Shown: positions 36,142 to 47,690 of the stretch, piece after piece
Layout: each line of letters starts with the position of its first letter
Numbering within the stretch: the first letter of the stretch is position 1
Source: Pecten maximus
Lineage: Eukaryota
Direction of reading: 5' to 3'
NCBI RefSeq assembly: GCF_902652985.1
Contig: NC_047016.1
Span: 7,192,001-7,256,000 of the forward strand
Length of the DNA: 64,000 nt
Position numbers and translations under genes: made by a program
Notes under the pieces: model-generated
Databases searched by the model: none
What the model was told of the DNA's origin: nothing
What the model saw: only the letters and a program-made list of their open reading frames with translations

Positions 36142-39100
36142 ATGTCAGCGTACAGAAGTAGAGCGATTAATGATTTGGAAGCAGTTCTTAGTGAACAAAA
36201 TAGGAGCGAGATTATGACACTCAAAATTATTTCATGTAACTGCATCGGAGGAAAACTTTTCAGTGCTGCATCGGTCGTTACACAAGAAATGTTGAGTATA
36301 TTTGAAGATTTCCCATCAGAAAAATCATGCACGCTGGCATTTGAAGATGTTTGGGACGTACGGAAACTCCAAGACCTGGTGGAATTACACTCGGAGAAAG
36401 AATGGAAGGAAGAAGTTAGAGCAAAGAAACCTAAAATATCAAAATCTATTCAAAATAACAAAGATGATGCAGCGTTTGTAAACTTAGAAAACTATATCCT
36501 TGGTACGTTGTGGATCCCAATCACTGGGACTCGGTTTCGGGATTTTGAGTAAAGTAGTAGATAATTAGTTAAGATGTATTACCGAATGCAGTGGCTGACA
36601 CCAGTTGAAAACAGGTTCTTCAGCAAACATACATAAAAACGTTTTCACTCATCAAATTAGTTATTCACTGACGTTAATAGAGGATAAAATAATGGGTAAA
36701 TTTTAGCAAAAGGGAAATTTGTAACTGTACATGTACTAGAACGAATATTCATACCCTGCCTACACTGCTCTCCGGCAGGGTATGAAGTCCCTCCCATTGC
36801 CGATAGTGTAGCAAGCCCCGATGTGATTCACATCGGGCAGTATTAGCAGTGGTAAAATTTTTCTCGGATAAAAAAAACCATGTAAATTGATGATTCTAGT
36901 ATCTATGATGAATATTCAAGCAACAAACCTGCACATTACTTCAAATGTTTGACAATAAATGGTAAAATCCAAAACGAGCAAGACACACGGAGATATCAGT
37001 TCAAACATACCGCCATCTTTGATACAAGTGTAAAGGTCAATTTCCTTATAAGGAAATCAAAATAAATTGATGCTAATGAGGTTTCCCACGAGATTTCAAC
37101 AGAAAAACAGATTCGGAGTAATATATCTCGGTAAGGAAGGTCAATTCATTCTGAAATTATTTAATTACGCAAAGTAAGATTCGCTTTCTTCACAAGAGTT
37201 ACAAAAGAGTGGTTAAATATCTCTGATTATGTATTTATTTATCGTAGTAGCTTCATCCATATATGGATCACGGGTTCCATATTTGGGTTAGAATCCTCGC
37301 GAGAGTTCTTCGAGAAGTATCATGGCGGATCACGGAGACAACTCCGAGCAGTATGATATCAGAATATGCGAATTAAAGATTTCTAGATTAGACGGTAGGC
37401 TAATACATTGCAAAATTGAATTAGAAATGTTTAATTATACGAACTATTACTCCAAAGTTAAACGATATCCGCTATTTGTAGCATTTTCGAGGTTCACTGT
37501 TTTGCTACATTACGAGCAATGGGAGGGAATCGTAGCTCTGACGACGACCATCTGTCAAAAATTATCCGTCCGTCGTCCAGAGCTACGTTATCGCAGCTGT
37601 ACATGTAGCTTAGACGATAATAAAACTTTGACAGTTTGTAAGCACTGAGAGTCATTAGCCCTACTACCTGTCCTGTCAATAGGTGGCTTCTGAGCAATAT
37701 GACGATGTATGCAACAGTATTTCATACGCAGAGAAAGCCTCGTCACCTCGGCGACTGTTATATTTTTAGATTTAGCTGTTGGACATATAAGACTTGTAAA
37801 ATGTTCGATTATGAATTTCGATGACTTGGTCAGGGTTTGTGTAGTGTTCAGTTGTTTTTAATTTTTTATGCATAATTTGTTACTTATAAGAAAAACTTGA
37901 ATATAATGTGGTTTTGTAGTTTATCCTCTATTAGCACGAGTGAATAACTAATTTTGTGTGAAAACTTTTCTATGCATGTTTCCTGATCATGACTAACCTG
38001 TTTTCAGCTGTGATTGTAAGTGGTTTCGGCCATTGCGCTCAGCAACACTAAAAATACCGTACTTACAAACATTCTGTACTTACATTCTCAAACAACCTTA
38101 GAATGTCAATAATAACTGATGTCATACCTCACCATTCCAAAACTGAGTTCCTTAATTGACAGCATGTCTAAATATCCAACGCTGCCCAATAACTAGTGTG
38201 ATTTTTCTCTGGCCCTGACATCATGTCTGGTGTAGGGCCAGAGCATACTACTATATGAAAATGTGGAATTCTCCGACACAGTGACACTATATGGTGTCGC
38301 TAATTTAAGACTTAGGTGCAGATAAAATAAAATTGGCGTGACATAACACCTGCCTCAAAACAAATATCATATTTATTATTGATAAATGAGATATTTGTTT
38401 ACCCCCAAAACGTCCATTAAGGATATACCTGCATGGTTAATTGATTAATTTAATGATTTATGTGATTAACTGCTGAAACGTTCTGGAACTGATCAGTAAC
38501 TGGTTAACAGATATACATGTACAAGAATTGAAATAGGAAGAAAAATCCCAATACATAGAATGCTGCTAAATGATGGAAAGGTCTGCTGACAAAACACTAA
38601 TTAGACTTGTAGTATTACATTTCTTCACCAGACTGATAGACTTTGGATTGGAAATGTCAAATACAGTTTGGTATACATATGCAATAGCATTTTGTTCTGA
38701 ATTACTAACGTTTCTTCAATTTCTTTCAGATTTGGATTATCACATGAGTTGTATGAAAAAAGTAATTAAAAACAGAAAAGAAGAAAGAGATCTGAGTAAA
38801 AGAGAAGTTATAAAGGCATTGAATGTGCATCTGTTTAGTCCTCTGAGTGGTGGAAACTGTGTAATTGATTTCCATGTCATGGAAGAAGATAACTGTGTTT
38901 GTAGTTGTGGCTGCACTACTCCAGTACATGCAGGACCAACTGGCATAGGTAAGGTTATTTTTAGCCAGACATCATCAGACGGGGGACTATTAAAATCGCC
39001 CTGCGTCCTTAGTCCATCTGTCTTAATCCCTCCGTCCATAAACAATCCTTGTTATCACTGTTTCTTGAAAAGTACTGTGGGGATATTCCTCAAACTTCAT

Positions 39101-42100
39101 GTGTAGATTTCCCTTGGTCCCTATTTGTGCCAATTCAATTTTGAACTTTGGACAGAAAAAACAAAATGGTTGACCAGCAGCTAATTATTTCTAGGATTTT
39201 GAGAATTTAAGTTTGTTATCACTATTTATTTAAGAGGACTTGAGGAGTATATCCTCAAACATAATGTGTTGGTCCCCTTGGTCCCTAGTTGTGACAAGTC
39301 AATTTAGATTTTTGATCAGGAAAACAAAACAGCTGATCATGACAGACAGCCATATTGGATTTTGCTTCTTGGAAGTTTATCACAATTTCTTGAAAAACAC
39401 AAAAGGGATATGTATTCCTCAAACTTTATCTCTAAGTCCTCTTGGTCCCTAGTTATGCCAATTCAAATAAGATGTGTATGTTCCACTTGTTCCTGTTATT
39501 GGATTATTAAGAGGAAAAGAAGGAAAATAGAGAGAAGATCAGTCTGATAGGAATCGTCAAAGGTCATTTGATTGTGGACACAAGATCCCTCTGGGATCCT
39601 TTTTATGCTACAGTTACCTTTTTTAGCCCACCATCATCAGATGGTGGGCTATTCAAATCGCCCTGCGTCCGTGGTCCGTCCGGCCGTCCCTCCGTCCGTA
39701 AACAATTCTTGCTATCGCTATTTCTCAGAAAGTACTCAAATTTCATATTTTGGTTCCCCTTAGTGCCTAGTTATGCATATTGCATTTTGAGACCAATTGG
39801 AAAACAACATGGCCGACAGGCAGCCATCTTGGATTTTGACAATTGAAGTTTGTTATCGCTATTTCTCAGAAACTAATGAAGGGATCTTTCTGAAATTTCA
39901 TATGTAGGTTCCTCTCAGTGACTAGTTATGCACATTGAATTTTGAGACTAATCGGAAAAAAACATGGCCGATAGGCAGCCATCTTGGATTTTGACAATTG
40001 AAGTTTGTTATCGCTATTTCTCAGAAACTTATGAAGGGATCTTTCTGAAATTTCATATAAAGGTTCCTCTTGGTGCGTAGTTATGCACATTGCATTTTGA
40101 GACCAATTGGAAAACAACATAGCCGACAGCTGGCAGCCATCTTGGATTTTGACAATTAAAGTTTGTTATAGCTATTTCTCAGAAACTTATGAAGGGATCT
40201 TTCTGAAATTTCATATGTAGGTTTCCCTCGGTGCCTTGTTATGCATATTGCATTTTGAGACCAATTGGAAAACAACATGGCCGACAGGCAGCCATCTTGG
40301 ATTTTGACAATTGAAGTTTGTTATCGCTATTTCTCAGAAACTAATGAAGGGATCTTTCTGAAATTTCATATGTAGTTTCCTCTTAGTGACTAGTTATGCA
40401 CATTTAATTTTGAGACTAATCGGAAAACAACATGGCCGACAGGCAGCCATCTTGTATTTTGACAATTGAAGTTTGTTATCGCTATTTCTCAGAAACTTAT
40501 GAAGGGATCTTTCTGAAATTTCATATAAAGGTTCCTCTTGGTGCGTAGTTATGCATATTGCATTTTGAGACCAATTGGAAAACAACATAGCCGACAGCTG
40601 GCAGCCATCTTGGATTTTGACAATTGAAGTTTGTTATAGCTATTTCTCAGAAACTTATGAAGGGATCTTTCTGAAATTTCATATGTAGGTTTCCCTCGGT
40701 GCCTTGTTATGCATATTGCATTTTGAGACTAATCTGAAAACAACATGGCCGACAGGCAGCCATCTTGGATTTTGACAATTGAAGTTTGTTATAGCTATTT
40801 CTCAGAAACTTATTAAGGGATCTTTCTGAAATTTCATATGTAGGTTTCCCTCGGTGCCTTGTTATGCATACTGCATTTTGAGACTATTCGGAAAACAACA
40901 TGGTCGACAGGCAGTTATCTTGGATTTTGACAATTGAAGTTTGTTATCGCTATTTCTCAGAAAGTACTGAAGGGATCTTTCTCAAATTTCATATGTAGGT
41001 TTCCCTCAGTGCGTAGTTATGCATATTGCATTTTGAGACCAATCGAAAAACAACATGGCCGACAGGCAGCCATCTTGGATTTTGACAATTGAAGATTATC
41101 GCTATTTATCAGAAATTGCTGAAAGGATCTTTCTGAATTTCATTTGTAGGTTGCCCTCTGTGTCTAGTTATGCATATTGGATTTTGAGACTAATCAGAAA
41201 ACAACCTGGCTGACAGGCAGCCATCTTGTATTTTGAAAATTGAAGTTTGTTATCGCTATTGTACAGAAGGTACTGAAGGGATTTTTCTCAAATTTCATAT
41301 GTAGGTTACCCTTGGTCCCTGGTATTGCATTTTGGGACCAATCGGAAAACAACATGGCCGACAGACAGCCATTATCGCTAAATCTTAAATTTTATATATA
41401 GGTTGCCCTTGTTTGAAAAGTACTAGAGGGCTGTTTCTGAATTTACGCAGATTAGTAAGACTTGGAGGAAGGGAAAAGTAGAGAAAAGATCAATCTGACA
41501 TGGAACCTATAAAGATCATTCAATGGTGGGCGCTAAGATCCCTCTGGGATCTCTTGTTACCATCAACAATGATCATATTTTCACAATCACAATTCCTGTA
41601 ATTTTAATTTCTTGTTCCTTTGAAAAAAAAAATGGAACATGCTTTGCATCATTCAAATGAAGAAAAATCAAGGATAACATTATCAATTTATCACTTTAAA
41701 TATTCCTTGGTGTTTTACTTCCTCTTTTGTGATTTCCTTATATAGGTTTTATTCCAAGACTGTTTCTTATCTTGACTGAACTTTACCTGTTTAAAGCTTG
41801 TACTTCTGTGCATGTTTTACTTTGCTAATGAAGCTGAGGAAGTCTTCATCATTTAACTTTTTTTTTGGTTTGAATTTCCCTTATTTTGATGTGGGAGCAG
41901 GGATGGTGAAATAGATTGCGTGTAGTTTATGTTTTATTTTGAAGTAGGAGCAGGGATATTGAGATAGACTCGTGAAGCTAATATTTTATTTTACATGTAC
42001 AAGATAGTTTTGAAGTGATTGATGAAACTCATTCTCTGTTTACAGGTGTTGAATCTTGCTGGCATGGATTTGTGGATATGGTTGTCAGTGGTAATGAGTT

Positions 42101-42611
42101 GGTTAACACTGTGCAGACGTCAGACCTTTCAGAAAAGGTGAAAATGGTAGTTGGAGTAAAAAGAGAAGAAAATTTACTTGATTCAAGATTTCAAAGCTCA
42201 GTTATAGCAGAAACTATAACCAATTCGTTTGCACAAGTCAATAGAAATCCTGCTGTCTCAGGACTACCGATTCCAGCATTTGGATGTACACCAGATGAAA
42301 TATTAGTTTTTGCATATGACTGTAGAAACGATATGTTACTGAAAAAAATGGTGGATTTGAAGCTTTTTCATGATGATGTGAAGAGTGCAACCATCGTAAT
42401 GTTATGGTTGTATATTAACTTTACAAGTTTCATGAGGAGAGATGTCACAGATACTCTAACAAAGCCTTTTCTATCTGAATTCACATCAGAATTCTGCTCA
42501 AGTCGGCAAATAGAGTCATGTTACAGGAAAGTGACTAGTGCAACTCCTGAATTTTATCCTGTTTCAAATTGGCCAAAGCTTAACTATTACAGTTCAGCAA
42601 ACATGACATAA
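36142..42611 (+). CDS. Uncharacterised 381-aa protein, 3 exons; C-terminal region resembles a degenerate PD-(D/E)XK nuclease-like fold
   Basis: Exons 36142-36502, 38730-38948, 42046-42611, both junctions phase 1 with canonical sites (ACTAAC branch point at 38704). These coincide with three of the longest ORFs in the window. Motifs CVCSCGC, GPTGIG..WHGFVD, VVGVK, SSVIAETI.NSF, IPAFGC, YDCRNDMLL, LWLYINF. Confidence 0.75.
38961..39603 (+). mobile_element. Older, degenerate HINE-like copy of the family at 39623-41558
   Basis: Head ttagccagacatcatcagacgggggactattaaaatcgccctgcgtcc. Tail aagatccctctgggatcctt. Confidence 0.7.
39623..41558 (+). mobile_element. HINE-like element with ~10-11 internal 155-158-bp satellite monomers
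   Basis: 5' TAGCCCACCATC atca GATGGTGGGCTA inverted repeat, (GTCC)n microsatellite, tandem array, then 3' ATGGTGGGC subTIR + AGATCCC tct GGGATCT hairpin + TTGTT. Inserted in a T run. Confidence 0.85.
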
Positions 42612-43020
42612 CCCAGGACTTAATGCTCTATTTTGTCTTCATTCCTGAGAAGTTTAGGAATCTGTCAACATCCATTTTGAGAATTCAGATGTTATCAGAA
42701 AAAATATTCTTACAGTGCAACTTGCTAACTGCAATGCAGTACACAAGATGTTATCAAAATAACATATCTACCGTGAGTAGCAGTGTTATATTTTAAAGAA
42801 AACTGATTAAATCAGTATACTGTTGTTTGAAAATGCAGACAATGAGTTTTACAAGAATGAAAGTGCATATATAGTAAATCTTAAGAGATATTGAATTTTG
42901 TAATGCGATTTATGTCAAATATTGAATATAAAAACTGCATCATACAGCTATTTTCTCCTTTAATTCATCAGTGATGGTTGGAACAAATCATACAAGATAT
43001 CTACATGTAGATAATTATTT

Positions 43021-45181
43021 TTAGCTCACCTGGTCAGAAGGACCAAGGTGAGCTTATGCCATACCGTAGCGTCCGTCGTCCGTCCGTCAACAATTGACTT
43101 CTTCTTCATAACTACTGATCAGAATTTGACCAAATTTGGTCAGAAGCATCCCTATGGGGTACCCCGGGGACTCAGAATTGTACAAATGGTGGGCTGACAT
43201 CCTGGGGGCCTGAGGGGCGGGGCCAAAATGGGTCAATATAGCTATATTGATATTAATGACTTCTTCTCTGAAACCGAGCAATGGATATGGCTCATATTTG
43301 TCTGGTAGCATCACTATGGGGTGGGGATTCAAAATTGTACAAATGATGGGGCTGATGCCCCAGGGGCCTGAGGGGCAGGGCCAAATGTGGTTAATTGGGC
43401 TATATTGATATAAACCACTTCTTCTCTGAAACTGAGCAATGGATATTGCTCCTATTTGCCTGCTAGCATGACTATGGGGTGGGGATTCAAAATTGTACAA
43501 ATTGTACAAAGCTTTAGTTCGACCCCATTTAGAGTATGGAGCATGCATATGGAACCCATATAAACAACAGGACATTGATCTGCTTGAAAGCGTTCAACGG
43601 CGAGCTACGAAACTTCTACCAGGAATGAAGGATTTTTCGTACGAAGAACGACTGCGTCGCCTTAAACTCCCGTCGTTACTATATAGACGAAATAGGGGCG
43701 ACATGATTGAAGTTTTAAAATTTTGAGAGGAGGCTATGAGACAACAGCATCACACGGACTTCTGCCAATTAAGAAAGAGACGGACCCGGGGACATTCACT
43801 CAGCCTTGATAAAACACGAAGCAGGTTGGACATGAGAAAGTATTTGTTCACTCAAAGAATTGTAGTCAGTTGGGACTCTTTACCAGAAAATGTAGTTGAA
43901 GCACCAAATTTAGCCAGTTTCGAAAACAGTTTAGACAAATTTTGGAGTAACGTCACAACATAAACACTCTTATATATATGTATATATATATATATATATT
44001 AGATATTGTATAAACTATGATTTGAATAGAGAGGCAATTATCATGCCTGCGTTCAGAATAAACTTAGTTAACTAAGTCAAATGATGGGGCTGACTCCCCA
44101 GGGGCCTGAGGGGCGGGGCCAAATGGGGTCAATTGGACTATATTGATATAAACGACTTCTTCTCTGAATCCGAGCTATGGATATTGCTCACATTTGCCTG
44201 GTAGCATGACTGTGGGGTGGGGATTCAAAATTGTACAAAAGATGGGCTGACCCTCCAGGGGCCTGAGGGGCGGGGCCAAATGTGGTCAGTTGGGCTATAT
44301 TGATATAAACCACTTCTTCTCTGAAACCAAGCAATGGATATTGCTCGTATTTGTCTGGTAACCCAATAGTGATGCTACCAGGAAAATATGAGCAATATCC
44401 ATTGCTTGGTTTCAGAGAAGAAGTCGTTTATATCAATATAGCCCCATTGACCACATTTGGCCCCGACCCTCAGGTCCCTGGGGGGTCAGCCTCATCATTT
44501 GTACAATTTTGAATCCCCACCAAATAAGGCGGTGGGGATTCAAAATTGTACAAATGAACGGGTCAATTGGGCTATATTGATATAAAGGACTTCTTCTCTG
44601 AAACCGAGCAATAGATATTGCTCATATTTGCCTGGTGGCATCACTATTGGGTAGGGATTCAAAATTGTACAAATAGTGGGGCTGACCTCCCTTGGGGCTG
44701 AAAGGCGGGGCCGAAAGAGGCTCATTTTGGCAGAATTGATATAAACAACTTTTTCTCTGAAGCTAAGCAACGGATATCTCTAATATTTAACTGGTAGCAT
44801 TCCCTTGGGTTACAAATTCAAAATTGAACAAATGACAGGGCCAACCCTCTGGGGGCTGAGGGGCGGGACCAAAAGGGGTCAATTTGGTTAAATTGATATA
44901 AACAACTTCTTCTCTGAAACTAAGCAATGGATATCACTCACATTTGTGTGGTAGCAGATTCCCTATGAGATTGCGCCAAAAGTCAATTTCATTTCATGGA
45001 TTAAAGTCAATTTCATTTCATGGATTAATGCATTTTTTGGCATAAAAACCTCACGTACCCATATAAAATGCCTATAATATATATTCACAGCAATACCAGT
45101 GACAAATATATTTAATCATCATTCTTGTTTCATATCTCATGAAATCCAGGTGAGCGATACAGGCCCTCTGGGCCTCTTGTT
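43021..45181 (+). mobile_element. HINE-like element with 158-bp monomers, interrupted by a CR1 fragment and an internal inversion
   Basis: 5' TTAGCTCACCTGGTC agaa GGACCAAGGTGAGCT + (GTCC)n. 3' AGGTGAGCgatac AGGCCC tct GGGCCT cttgtt. Same family as 56076-57975. Confidence 0.85.
43503..44077 (+). mobile_element. 5'-truncated CR1-clade LINE (ORF2 C-terminus + 3' UTR)
   Basis: YKALVRPHLEYGACIWNPY..DIDLLESVQRRATK, YEERLRRLKLPSL.YRR.RGDMIE, RTRGH, F.QRIV..W..LP..VV.A are CR1 ORF2 C-terminal motifs. AATAAA near the end. Possible 5-bp TSD caaat (43498-43502 and 44078-44082). Confidence 0.9.
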
Positions 45182-45635
45182 TTAATATTGTGAAGGAAAT
45201 GTCGACTGCTCCATATACATGATATTAGTAAAAGGAACACGCCTCTTGGCTGTTTTAATGAAGACTTATAATGTGATGATTGTTCTATATTGTCCATTTC
45301 AATTTTGCAAAGCTATGAAGAGAATGATTTTGTTACAACTTCATATTTTATTGAAAAGGGGAGGTAATCTTACTTGGTGCTATACCAGTAGAACATTATT
45401 TTAATATTAAATTTCTTTTAAATTATTCTTTTCATATATCATTGAGGTTTTATCCAATATTTACATAAACATAAACTCACGATTATGATTTTATGGTTAA
45501 AACTGTGTTTTCAAGACTCCTGTTCTGATTGTCATACAGTGGTGGTAATCAATTACCCTTTAGTAGAAAATTTATGTACAAACAATGTTTACATTTTAAG
45601 TGCATTTATTACACATCTAAGCCTTTCTGATTAAA

Positions 45636-45671
<36 letters not shown>

Positions 45672-45886
45672 ATAGTTTTAGATACTTTGGGCATTGGTTC
45701 ATCTTACTTAATTGGGACATTGATTTACCTTACTTCGGGTATGGGTTCACATGTATTGAACTGCCGGTATATCGCCTTCTACAATTAGTGATATTCCTGA
45801 AGTCATTCACATTAATACCACCAAATAGAATTATTGGATACTGATGAGTCTGTCAAAGATTCAGAGTGTAGAATTAGTTCCAACAG

Positions 45887-45993
45887 GAATTCATCCTCAA
45901 TGCATTTTTGGCATATCATTTCACATCCGTCAAAGTTTCAACATGAATTCACCCTCAATGCATTTTTGGCATATCATTTCACATCCGTCAAAG
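45887..45993. repeat. Short tandem duplication (~58-bp period)
   Basis: gaattca(t/c)cctcaatgcatttttggcatatcatttcacatccgtcaaag occurs twice. Confidence 0.8.
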
Positions 45994-46159
45994 GGGTCTG
46001 TGACTGTGATCCACTTTATTGTCTTATTGTTTAAATATCCAAGGGTAAAATGGAAATTTAGAAGGGGGCGGGGAAGACTGAACAGTCACTTACTAATATG
46101 ATTCATTGGCATTTCTGTGACGAAACCAATCCAATGTAGTACTGTATATGATGAAGTAA

Positions 46160-47040
46160 GATTTACAAGGTCATCCTATCGTTTTTCTGTTCTTCTGTCG
46201 TCATATACGGTCCATAAAACTGTTTGCATTTCAAAGTTCCTCTCCAAAATTCCTGAAACGATCCTGAGATGGTTGGTCCAAAATCCAAGATTGCGGCCAC
46301 GGATGCTGCCATCTTCAAACACATTTTAAACTTCTTTCCAGTTCCGTTAGTGCTATTAAACTGGAAATTGGTGTCGATGTTAAGGAAGGAAATGATTTTC
46401 CTGAACACACATATTTAAAACTTCTCCTGTTTCACCACTGGGATTCAGCTCATCCTTTCTTGCGATGGTCTTGGCCAAGTGTTGTTATTTTGCTGGTCGC
46501 TCTGATCTCCCAAGATGGCCGCCATCTGCAAAACCATATTTTGAACTTTTCCCTAAGTTCCAATGGTTCCCTTCACTTCTAAATTGCCTGAAATGTTCCT
46601 GAGATGATGTTACTGGCCATATGTTGATTGTTTTTGTTAGGTCCGAAATCCAAGATGGCCACCATCTGTAAACTTCTTCACAAGTTCCACCAGTATGATT
46701 CGGCCCTTTATTTTTTCTGAAATGATCTTGACATGGTCCTAGCCAAGTGTTGTTATTTTTCAATTGAAATCCAAGATGACTGCACTGGCCGCCATTTTGA
46801 AAGACACATTTCAAACTTCTCGATTTTAATCAATGGGATTCAGCTCTAACTTGCTGAAATGATTCTGAGATGATTTTAACCAAGTGATGTTATTTTTCGG
46901 GTTGCTTAGTAGTCCAAGATGAAAGCCATGACCAGCTACAGTATTTCACAATCCCAAATATTTTCGATACCATTCTACTGCTGTTGAGTATATGGTACTA
47001 AGGTCATAGATGACCGTTAATGCCCACGGGCCTCTTGCTT
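46160..47040 (+). mobile_element. Decayed HINE-like element with degenerate internal repeats
   Basis: Recurrent aaatccaagatggc / ccaagtgttgttatttt. 3' end gatgaccgttaatgcccacgggcctcttg. Confidence 0.6.
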
Positions 47041-47656
47041 GATGAAAACTACTGTACGAGATTGACTGATGAAAACATAAAATTATGTAAAAATGATATA
47101 TGGTCATTTAATTGCAGTATTGTTTATAAGTCAACTAGTGCCGTTGCTGTACAGCTGTTTTGTTTTGCTATGGAAGTTCATCAGAGCTAGGTACCATTCA
47201 TTTTAGAAACCTTAAAAGCAACTCACGGAAATAAATTCCATGTTGTCTTGGCTTACATTAAAGGTCAAAGATGTGAAAATATTTCAACGACTTAGTCTCA
47301 AAAATGCACATGGCCTACATCATTAACTTTCAATGATGCAGGGTTAAAACGCTCTTTAATCTTTAAAATTTTCATTTTGCAAATTGCCCAGGGTCTAGCT
47401 ATTAGACAGGTAGTTTTCTGTGAAGAAAGGCTATACAGTGTAGCTACTAATCAAATTAACAAACCAGTTCTACCTTTTCAGTCGCACGGGTAACTTGCGT
47501 TAAACAAACTATTCAATCGACTTATCAATAAGCGAGAGACAAAGAGTTGTAGTAGTGTACCAATGTCATGCTGCATCAGATGACTACCAAGTTATTACAT
47601 AAATGAAACATTTTGGACTTCTTTCCAGGACGCATTGGTCAAACGTGTTAAAAGCC

Positions 47657-47690
<34 letters not shown>

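Noticed and set aside
43087-43575. 162-aa and similar ORFs (55903-56349, 57420-57703, 39926-40120)
   Set aside because: They are translations of HINE satellite monomers or of the antisense strand of the CR1 fragment.
45636-47688. G33 run (45636-45668) and C29 run (47660-47688) as paired termini of an element
   Set aside because: Such homopolymers are common in these genomes and their lengths are unreliable. No TSD or other terminal similarity.
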